This document shows, one piece after another, positions 27,075 through 34,236 of a stretch of DNA of 53,700 nt. A program made the translations under genes and the position numbers. The DNA comes from a virus (Duplodnaviria > Caudoviricetes), in IMG/VR virus record IMGVR_UViG_3300037504_000611, positions 1 to 53,700 of that record. The stretch is one strand, 5' to 3'. Under the pieces are notes generated by a model that did no database searches, was not told the DNA's origin, and saw only the letters and a program-made list of their open reading frames with translations. Every line of letters starts with the position of its first letter. Position 1 is the stretch's first letter.

Positions 27075-27482
27075 TTACAACAAATGGCGAAAACTGCGCC
27101 CGTGGACAATATCGCCCATCGTCACTTTGCCCACTGCATATTCCCGCGCCATCTGCGCTTGCAAGCCGTGCCGTCCGCCTTCTGCTGCCCAGCGTTGACG
27201 TATTTCAAGCACCTGTTCATCGGTCAGCTTGCGCGGGGAACGCTTGCGCGGCGCGCCTGCGTCAAGCTCCTTTCTGCGTTGTCTCCAGTGCTGTTTCGGC
27301 GGCGCAGCCTGCCCTCCCGGCGGCGCAGCACGCTTTTCCAGCGGTGCAACGTCAGCACGCTCGGCGCGATAGCGTTCATAGAGGTGGTGGATTTCATCCT
27401 GGACACTCTGGAGATGCACGCCGCTCGCGTGGCCCTGTTGTAGCTCGCGGGTTTTCATTTTGATTTGCTCAAGTGTGGTCAT
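27075..27482 (-). CDS. Protein with a C-terminal HTH of the type found on HNH homing endonucleases
   Basis: KLTDEQVLEIR...MAREYAVGKVTMGDIVHGRSFRH; no HNH motif. Confidence 0.6.
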   Translation of the reverse strand: MTTLEQIKMKTRELQQGHASGVHLQSVQDEIHHLYERYRAERADVAPLEKRAAPPGGQAAPPKQHWRQRRKELDAGAPRKRSPRKLTDEQVLEIRQRWAAEGGRHGLQAQMAREYAVGKVTMGDIVHGRSFRHLL

Positions 27483-27484
27483 TA

Positions 27485-28051
27485 TTATCGATGCTCCATC
27501 ATATTCCCCTGGCGGGGCAACATCGCCTGCGGTGTCCACTCTGTCTCTGGCGTGTTGTAGCGACCCGTGTAGAGGGATGTGTTGTCTTCAACACGATGAA
27601 ACTTGACAATGCCCACGCGCATGCCAGGATACAGCAAGACGGCATCGGGACCATAGTTGAACAATTCCAGCGTCCATCGGGAGCAATACCCGGCATCACC
27701 TATGCCAGCCGAGACGTGCGCCGTCAGGCTCCATCGGGCGGCAGTGCTACGGGTCTCAAGGGCCGGTTCGATATCTGGCACGGTGGTGCCAACGTACTCA
27801 TCGGTGTGCCCCAGCGCGAACGACAGCGACGGCAGTCGGAACGGTTGCCCTGCCGACACGTCGTCAACGAGCATAAATCGCTCCTCGGGTGCCTGGGTGG
27901 CAATATCCACATTGCGCCCCATCGGGCGCGGCAGCCAGAAATTATCTCCCAAGTGGACGTCGAGGTGTGTTTCAATCTTCTCTGGCTCTGGCGTGCAGAC
28001 GATGCTGCCATCGGCCAGCGCCGCACGAATAGCGTCATTCCCCAGTATCAT
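27485..28051 (-). CDS. dcd: dCTP deaminase
   Basis: LDVHLG, RSTAARWSL, GDAGY...TLELFN, YTGRY motifs. Confidence 0.9.
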   Translation of the reverse strand: MILGNDAIRAALADGSIVCTPEPEKIETHLDVHLGDNFWLPRPMGRNVDIATQAPEERFMLVDDVSAGQPFRLPSLSFALGHTDEYVGTTVPDIEPALETRSTAARWSLTAHVSAGIGDAGYCSRWTLELFNYGPDAVLLYPGMRVGIVKFHRVEDNTSLYTGRYNTPETEWTPQAMLPRQGNMMEHR

Positions 28052-28268
28052 GCTTCCCCTCCTTCAGATAATCTGTTTCACTTTCTCCGTGGCGTTGACA
28101 CAGCGTCGCGACAATGCTGCGTAGCCGTTCAAGCTCCTGCTGCAACTCGCAGATATGCGCTATCAGCCCCTCGAGTGACTCGTCGCCTTCCGGTTGCACC
28201 AGCATATCAAGCAGGTTGTATGCCCGTGCCAGTTCTTCATTATTCAACATCTCGACACTCCTCTTCAA
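28035..28268 (-). CDS. Hypothetical coiled-coil protein
   Basis: 77 aa within the operon. Confidence 0.55.
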   Translation of the reverse strand: MKRSVEMLNNEELARAYNLLDMLVQPEGDESLEGLIAHICELQQELERLRSIVATLCQRHGESETDYLKEGKHDTGE

Positions 28269-28644
28269 TCCAGTCCAGAGCGACTAAACAGATAGCGTGT
28301 GGGGCTGTTTTGCCTTCGGCGGCGTGTATCTGCGCATAGTTCGGCCAGTGTTCGTTTTGATACTGCATGATGCGGGCGACAGCACGAGCACCATAGTGCT
28401 CGGTAAAAACTGCCAGCATTGCTATATTGATGCGGTAGATGACAAGCTCAGCGTCTTTCGGGAGGGCGCTATAGTACGGCACCCACATACCCAGATCGTC
28501 CCCCTGGTTGTTCAGGAGATAGTAGTCTCCTGCTATATCGTCAAACATGGTCCGATAACCCATGACGCGCTCGGCAATAAGCACATCGAGTTCGCGCTCT
28601 GCGGGGTAGCGGGTTGCAATCGGTACGTCGTTTTGTGTGCTCAC
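28240..28644 (-). CDS. Phage ABA-sandwich-like protein
   Basis: RELDVLIAERVMG...PYYS...TAPHAICLVAL pattern; GTG start overlapping the upstream stop. Confidence 0.6.
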   Translation of the reverse strand: MSTQNDVPIATRYPAERELDVLIAERVMGYRTMFDDIAGDYYLLNNQGDDLGMWVPYYSALPKDAELVIYRINIAMLAVFTEHYGARAVARIMQYQNEHWPNYAQIHAAEGKTAPHAICLVALDWIEEECRDVE

Positions 28645-29267
28645 TCCTGTTTCTCCAGTACATCCACCACGAGGCGCGCCACCATCGCAGCGATTTGCAC
28701 CGCTTCTTTTCGCATTGCTGCGTGGTCGCGGTGCGCCTGCTTGACCTTTACCTCTTGCCACAGCTCCTCCACTTCTTCCAGGATGACCGCATAGGCTTCA
28801 TGTGCGCTATTCAGGCGTGGATAGCACTCCATTGCCCTGGTGAGTTCCTGGTCAACGTCTCGGTAAAACCGCCGCAGGTTCTCTGGCAGCACGCCCTGAT
28901 AGACGTGGCGCTGGCACATATTGGATTTCCGGTATACCTGTGTTTGCTCCTCGTATGCCTGTATTAGCTCCTGGCGCACCTGTCTTAGCTCATGATAAAA
29001 CGTGCGAACATGGGCCAGCAACACGGGTACATCCTGACGAGCGTGTGCGATGAATGCGGCGTTGTTTATTGCATTCGGGAAAAACTCGTCTATTGTTCCG
29101 TCGCCAAATGCACTATAGAGCAATGCTATATCCTCCTTGCCTGCATTAACATATGCCGTAGCGTACGACCACGGCCCTGGCGTTGCCGCGTTCGCTCGTG
29201 CCTCAATCGCGTTTAGATCTTTCTCAGACGTCCTCTTGATAATCGCGTTTAGTTCTTTCTCAGTCAT
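28641..29267 (-). CDS. Ea22-like N-terminus fused to a MazG-like helical domain
   Basis: AATPGPW...NAAFIAHARQDVP; SAHEAYAVILEEVEELWQEV...KEAVQIAAM. Confidence 0.6.
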   Translation of the reverse strand: MTEKELNAIIKRTSEKDLNAIEARANAATPGPWSYATAYVNAGKEDIALLYSAFGDGTIDEFFPNAINNAAFIAHARQDVPVLLAHVRTFYHELRQVRQELIQAYEEQTQVYRKSNMCQRHVYQGVLPENLRRFYRDVDQELTRAMECYPRLNSAHEAYAVILEEVEELWQEVKVKQAHRDHAAMRKEAVQIAAMVARLVVDVLEKQE

Positions 29268-29269
29268 CC

Positions 29270-29641
29270 TTACATCTCCACATTCTTCAAAAATGCCCGT
29301 ATATCCGCCAGTGTGTCCATATCCAGACTGAATCCACCCTCCCAGCCAGTGACTACGCGCTGCAACAGGTCCAGCGCATAATTCAGGTTGTCGTTGCTGC
29401 TGTAATGGCCCTCCAGTGCCTTTTGCACATCCCCGCGCAGGTGCGGGTGGGCAGCGTCCCAGCCGGATATGTCCTGCACGCTGGCAAGCTCCGCCAGCAG
29501 GTCACGCAGCGCGGCCCGCTCCGCACGGGCCTTGTGCAGCGCATCGGTGAGCACTGCCATCGTGGCACGTTCTCGTTGTTCGATGGCTGTGTTGTATTCT
29601 CGCACAATCTGCTCTGACCGTTTGTCTATGTGTGGTTGCAT
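29270..29641 (-). CDS. Hypothetical protein
   Basis: 123 aa, SD AAGGAGG. Confidence 0.6.
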   Translation of the reverse strand: MQPHIDKRSEQIVREYNTAIEQRERATMAVLTDALHKARAERAALRDLLAELASVQDISGWDAAHPHLRGDVQKALEGHYSSNDNLNYALDLLQRVVTGWEGGFSLDMDTLADIRAFLKNVEM

Positions 29642-30417
29642 GTTTCCTCCTTATGTCTCTCTAATGCTGTCCTGACCGCTCCTGCTATTGCCTTGCCCAT
29701 CGGCAGCGGAACCCCGTTCCCGATGGCCTTGAGCTTGCCCGCCACGGTGAACGGGGCACCGTCTAAGAAATCCCCCGGCAAGCCTTGCAAGCGGCAATTC
29801 TCTTGCAGAGTTCTGCCATTGCGTGCGTTCGGAGGCAACTCCGAACGCACCTTGTCTTTGACAACCTTCTTGGGTTTCCCGTTGCCATTCAGGCGAATGG
29901 GCGTGCCGTTCCAGTTGCCGCCGCCAGATGCCACAACCGCATAGGCCCACTCGCCAGGCACCGCGCCCCACAGGTCGAGATGGGGGAGCAGGCTTATGGC
30001 CTTTTCGCCGCGCACGCCAAATACGAAACGGCGCTCGCGGTTTTGTTCACCGCCGCACTGGCGATTGTTGATGACCACAACCGACTGTGCATAGCCCGGT
30101 GTGACTGGACATGGCGCAGCGGGCACATTCTCCATCAAAAACGCACGCGGTTGCGCTTCGAGGACAACCCGCGCAAACTCCGGTATCAGATCGGGCGCAA
30201 GTTCATAGCCGTTGTGGCGCACCATATGCGCCAATCGGCTAAAACGCTGGCACGGTGGCCCGCCGATAACCAGGTCAAACTTGCCTGCTGGCGGGCGGAA
30301 CGTGTGAATGTCACCGCCCCACAGGCTGTCCGGCCCGCGCACGACACAAAAGCCGTGCGCTTCAAAGGCCATATCAATCAAACCAATGCCAGGAAACAAC
30401 GACAATACCAGCATCAC
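29626..30417 (-). CDS. DNA cytosine-5 methyltransferase
   Basis: LFPGIG, GGPPCQ, MENV, QNRERRF, RLQG, IGNGVP motifs. Confidence 0.92.
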   Translation of the reverse strand: MMLVLSLFPGIGLIDMAFEAHGFCVVRGPDSLWGGDIHTFRPPAGKFDLVIGGPPCQRFSRLAHMVRHNGYELAPDLIPEFARVVLEAQPRAFLMENVPAAPCPVTPGYAQSVVVINNRQCGGEQNRERRFVFGVRGEKAISLLPHLDLWGAVPGEWAYAVVASGGGNWNGTPIRLNGNGKPKKVVKDKVRSELPPNARNGRTLQENCRLQGLPGDFLDGAPFTVAGKLKAIGNGVPLPMGKAIAGAVRTALERHKEETCNHT

Positions 30418-31265
30418 GCCACCCCCTCTCGTTCTAGCAGATCAAACAGCGTGCGCTCCTGCTGCGTGCTCCGATTGCACACCCATACCACCTCCACGCG
30501 TTGGTTTGCGGTGCGTGTTTTACTGTTCTCCGCGCTCATCACGGCCTGTATTTCTATCCGTCGTTGTGCCGACGCTGGTTCTGTCGTCTGCGGGTAGTTG
30601 TTCAGGATGTAGCTCCCCTGGCACGTATCCAGCGCGCTACACAGCGCGTGCCAGTCTTCCAGTGTATAGCCACTGTAATGGCCCTGGTTTGCGCCAGGGT
30701 AGGGCGGGTCGCAGTAGAACAGCGTGTCTGGACTATCCCAACGCTGGATACACCTGATGGCATCCTCGCACGACACATAGACACCGCTGAAACGCTCCAG
30801 GATGGTGGGAAGCCATTGCAGATACGTTGCCCATGCCTGTGCGCTGTTCCGTGTCTTTACGTTTGTTCCCCACCCCTTCCCTATGCCGTTTGCAAACGAC
30901 TGGCGGGTTTGCACGACCACCGCCCAGGCGACGCGCAACGGCGTGTAGTCGTGCGGCGCTTGCAAGACGGCGTACGCCTTGCGATACTCCGACTGACTGT
31001 ATGGCGTGTATTGCAGCAGGTGTAGCAGGTCGTCCTTCTGCTCCTGGCACACGCGATAGAGCGTCACAATGCGCTCGTCCCTATCGTTGACGCATTCCCG
31101 ATAATCATCACGATTATCGGGGCGAGGCTTGCCCTTGGCGAACAGCACCGCCGCGTCGCCTGCGAACGGCTCTACATAGACAGTGTGCGGAATGGTACGG
31201 ATAATGTCCACAATGCGCGATGCAATGCGCTGCTTGCCGCCGTAGTAGCTGATGATTGGTTTCAC
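30414..31265 (-). CDS. DNA adenine methyltransferase (D12/Dam class)
   Basis: YYGGK, VYVEPFAGDAA, FYCDPPY. Confidence 0.9.
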   Translation of the reverse strand: MKPIISYYGGKQRIASRIVDIIRTIPHTVYVEPFAGDAAVLFAKGKPRPDNRDDYRECVNDRDERIVTLYRVCQEQKDDLLHLLQYTPYSQSEYRKAYAVLQAPHDYTPLRVAWAVVVQTRQSFANGIGKGWGTNVKTRNSAQAWATYLQWLPTILERFSGVYVSCEDAIRCIQRWDSPDTLFYCDPPYPGANQGHYSGYTLEDWHALCSALDTCQGSYILNNYPQTTEPASAQRRIEIQAVMSAENSKTRTANQRVEVVWVCNRSTQQERTLFDLLEREGVA

Positions 31266-31354
31266 GCCTCCTTCTCTCCGAACATCGCGTCAACGGTAAA
31301 GCCGGACGGCGTGTGTATGGCGCGTTTGGCGGCAAGAAAATCGGTGTAGTTCAT
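31262..31354 (-). pseudogene. 30-aa stub resembling the N-terminus of phage SNF2-type helicases
   Basis: MNYTDFLAAKRAIHTPSGF; coupled to both neighbours, SD GAGG. Confidence 0.35.
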
Positions 31355-32631
31355 CGTGTATCCTCTAGTGAGAGCAGGAGCGGCTGCTCGATGCCCTCGG
31401 CCAATATCTGGGGCAGCAACTCGGCCCCGTTCGGCTCGGTGCCGTCCCATTTGCCAGGCCAGGTATTGAGGGCGTGCAGTTGCACAATGCGCCCATACTC
31501 GCGCCCGTTGATAAGCTCCATTGCTGGCATATTGTTCTGGTGTGCCCCCTGAAAGACCTCGCGCTGAATTTGCAAAATCTCGGCCAGTCCCCACTGCCGG
31601 GCCTCCATCGTGAGCGGCCCTTTGCGCCCCGGGTTTTTAGAGAGCGTGCCGTCCTTCTTGCGCTCGGTGCCGTCTTTTTGCAGCCGGTTGCCGTGCTTGC
31701 GCAGTTCGAGGCTGATCGGGCGCAGGCGTTTCAGGGGAGCCAGGTGCCCCCAGCGCTCCGGGTATTCGCTCAATAGGTGGTCAAGGGCTACGTCTGTCGT
31801 CGCTAGTTCGCAGCCCGTGCAGCCGGTGCGGGCGTTGAGTTCTTTCTGGTCTCCCTCTTCACTCACGCCGTATACATCTGCAATCATCTGCGTATCGAAG
31901 CCGTGTGACGGCGCAAAGAACATCAGCCAGTCCCAGACGTGGCACAGCCGCCAGTGCAGCAACGGAGCCAGGGTGTCAGCCAGGGCTGTAGGCGTAGTCT
32001 CCTGATACCATCCCTGCCCACATTCGCCACCGTCTTTGCCGCAGGCCAGGGCAATGCGCTGGTCACGCGCTGCACTTTCGCCCATCCGCAACCCGGTCAG
32101 CATCAGGATTTTCTCATTGCCATACCCCTGGTAACGCCAGCGTTTGTGGCGCTTATCCCAAACCATCTGCCCCAGGCCCAGCACGGCACCGTGCTGGGCA
32201 AGTGCGTTATTCATTGGTTCGATTTTGATTTGCCGAGTACACCAGCGGAAGGTCATATTGTTGGGCGGTGGCACGCCTCGGCCTAACATATAGACATAGA
32301 AACGCTCATCAAGCGGCGGCAATACCACCTGTGCGTTGACCTCGCGCTGCCTCATCGTGCGCAGCAGGTGCAAGGCACTGGCTTGCAGCGGCGGCAACTC
32401 GCGCCGGGTATCGGCATAGAGCACAGTCAGTGTCTCAGGACGCGGCACCTGCCCTGACTCAATGAGCCAGAGCACCAACGTTGTTGTGGCGGTGCTGTCC
32501 TTGCCCCCACTGAACGCTATGGCCCAATGTCGATAGTTTGCAGCATAGGCGTACAGGCTATCAATGGTCATCTGGATGGCATCGTTCATCGTCATGCGTT
32601 GCTCTTCCCAGAGCGAAAGTTGTCGTTTCAT
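31351..32631 (-). CDS. PAPS-reductase family protein (DndC-like)
   Basis: AFSGGKDS, YADT, RWCTRQIKIEP, GLRMGESAARD, APLLHW...VWDWL, RTGCTGC. Confidence 0.85.
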   Translation of the reverse strand: MKRQLSLWEEQRMTMNDAIQMTIDSLYAYAANYRHWAIAFSGGKDSTATTTLVLWLIESGQVPRPETLTVLYADTRRELPPLQASALHLLRTMRQREVNAQVVLPPLDERFYVYMLGRGVPPPNNMTFRWCTRQIKIEPMNNALAQHGAVLGLGQMVWDKRHKRWRYQGYGNEKILMLTGLRMGESAARDQRIALACGKDGGECGQGWYQETTPTALADTLAPLLHWRLCHVWDWLMFFAPSHGFDTQMIADVYGVSEEGDQKELNARTGCTGCELATTDVALDHLLSEYPERWGHLAPLKRLRPISLELRKHGNRLQKDGTERKKDGTLSKNPGRKGPLTMEARQWGLAEILQIQREVFQGAHQNNMPAMELINGREYGRIVQLHALNTWPGKWDGTEPNGAELLPQILAEGIEQPLLLSLEDTR

Positions 32632-33104
32632 GCTCTCTCCTCCGGTGCTATCAATCCGAAACGGCGCGCTGTGAGTCTGTGTGCAATATTTTGCGCTTCT
32701 ACCTCCAGAGGATGATCACAGTATGCTGCTGTCCCGTCATCAATCGTCGACTCGCCATAGCCGCGCTGCCATTGCACATGATGCACGGCTTCGTGTGCAG
32801 CGAAAAAATAAAACCCCACATCGTTTCGCACATCATTGGGCACACCGATGACGTTTTTACCAACCCCTTGCCACCAGCAGCGAACGGCGCAATCCTTACT
32901 CGTATAGCAGGCGTGTATTTCCGCGTCGTAATTGTCTATGATGGGTCCCTCGGAGATGTGCGCTATGGGTAAGTCCCCTATGAAATCCATCTCGTGGAGT
33001 GCGTCAGCAATTCCCTCCCTAACGAGATCAATCACTGAAGTTGGCACATATCCATATGTGACAACCTGTATTGACGCTTTCATGTGGTCCTCTACGGTGG
33101 TCAT
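32628..33104 (-). CDS. HExxH zinc metallopeptidase-like protein
   Basis: AHEAVHHVQW...YCDHPLEVEA. Confidence 0.65.
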   Translation of the reverse strand: MTTVEDHMKASIQVVTYGYVPTSVIDLVREGIADALHEMDFIGDLPIAHISEGPIIDNYDAEIHACYTSKDCAVRCWWQGVGKNVIGVPNDVRNDVGFYFFAAHEAVHHVQWQRGYGESTIDDGTAAYCDHPLEVEAQNIAHRLTARRFGLIAPEERA

Positions 33105-33349
33105 TGTGTGCTTCCTTTCTGTGTGTGTTGTGCCCTTCTCCTATATTGTTGCCGTTCGCTCAGTTCATCGAACGGCTTTCGCTGCCTTCGCTCGGCTGCG
33201 TAGCGCTCCACCGAGGCGCGTGCGACGCGGGCCTCGCGTCCGGTGCCAGGGACACGCTCCAAACGCCCGCGTTTGATGGCCTGCCAGATGCTGCTGCGGT
33301 GGATGCCGAGCAGTGCGGCGGCTTCGGCTATAGTGATAGTGTCAGTCAT
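33101..33349 (-). CDS. HTH_17 (excisionase-like) DNA-binding protein
   Basis: ITIAEAAALLGIHRSSIWQAIKRGRL. Confidence 0.85.
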   Translation of the reverse strand: MTDTITIAEAAALLGIHRSSIWQAIKRGRLERVPGTGREARVARASVERYAAERRQRKPFDELSERQQYRRRAQHTQKGSTQ

Positions 33350-33351
33350 TC

Positions 33352-33573
33352 CTATACCTGGGCTTTGAGGTATTGCAATACCTCCGACACATCAAATCCG
33401 TTGGCTACGGACAGGTCATACATGTTTTTGTACATGACAGCTTCATACACCATGCCGAACTCCCGCGCTGCATTGACCACCGACATCGCGTCGGGCGTAT
33501 GCACGGTTATGCGGATAGTGTGGTCTGATATCTGGCGTATCGTTGCCTCTTCTGCTGGTTGCGGTTTATTCAT
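33352..33573 (-). CDS. Hypothetical small protein
   Basis: Starts MNKPQ after the SD inside the 23-bp repeat. Confidence 0.6.
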   Translation of the reverse strand: MNKPQPAEEATIRQISDHTIRITVHTPDAMSVVNAAREFGMVYEAVMYKNMYDLSVANGFDVSEVLQYLKAQV

Positions 33574-33578
33574 CTCCC

Positions 33579-33853
33579 TCTCCTTGTCGCTATGGGCGGC
33601 TGTATCGAAATGGTCTCTGGACAACCCACATCCGAGACACAAAATACCAGCGCTCACCATCGGGCGTTACCACCATCAAACCGCCGCCTTCATCGGGCTT
33701 GCTGCCCACAACCTTGATGGTGTCTACCTCATCGCCCGTCGGGGTGTTTTTGACCGCCGCCAGAACCGACTCGCCCCTGTCGAAAGCTTGCTGGAGTTGT
33801 TCGTGTGTCCAAGAAGTTGTCATCGTGCTGTCTCCTTGTCGCTATGGGCGGCT
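33579..33853. repeat. 23-bp direct repeat pair containing an SD (33579-33601 and 33831-33853)
   Basis: TCTCCTTGTCGCTATGGGCGGCT occurs twice, flanking gene 33590..33823. Confidence 0.9.
33590..33823 (-). CDS. Hypothetical small protein
   Basis: 77 aa, SD AAGGAG. Confidence 0.6.
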   Translation of the reverse strand: MTTSWTHEQLQQAFDRGESVLAAVKNTPTGDEVDTIKVVGSKPDEGGGLMVVTPDGERWYFVSRMWVVQRPFRYSRP

Positions 33854-33877
33854 TGCGCCGCCCCTGGATGATTTGGT

Positions 33878-34117
33878 TTATGCTTGCTCTGCGTTCCATC
33901 CGATGTCGCCATTGTCGCCCATTTTGACAACCTTACAAGCACCGCCAGTCCGGTTGTTGTGAAACCAATTATCAGCCCATTTGCGAGCACCATTGGCGCT
34001 TTTCCACATTTTCGCTTTATTCGGATGGATAGTTGTTTCCAGTTGATACACCGATGTGCGCTTGTCGGGCCATACTGTTGCGGATGTGTCTTTTTTGATG
34101 ATTACTACTGTATACAT
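33878..34117 (-). CDS. Hypothetical small basic protein
   Basis: 79 aa, SD AGGAG, first gene after the promoter. Confidence 0.6.
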   Translation of the reverse strand: MYTVVIIKKDTSATVWPDKRTSVYQLETTIHPNKAKMWKSANGARKWADNWFHNNRTGGACKVVKMGDNGDIGWNAEQA

Positions 34118-34162
34118 TGCTGTGTCTCCTGTGTGTGTTCGTTGTGTCTCTCAACCGACATC

Positions 34163-34191
34163 AGTGTACCACTATAGTACAACAATGTCAA
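34163..34191 (-). promoter_or_regulatory. Sigma70 promoter
   Basis: TTGACA-17-TACACT; TGTAC-N7-GTACA dyad at 34165-34181. Confidence 0.7.
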
Positions 34192-34236
34192 TAGCCAGGG
34201 GGGATATGGTAGAAAGCTTCTGTGAAACTCCTCAGA

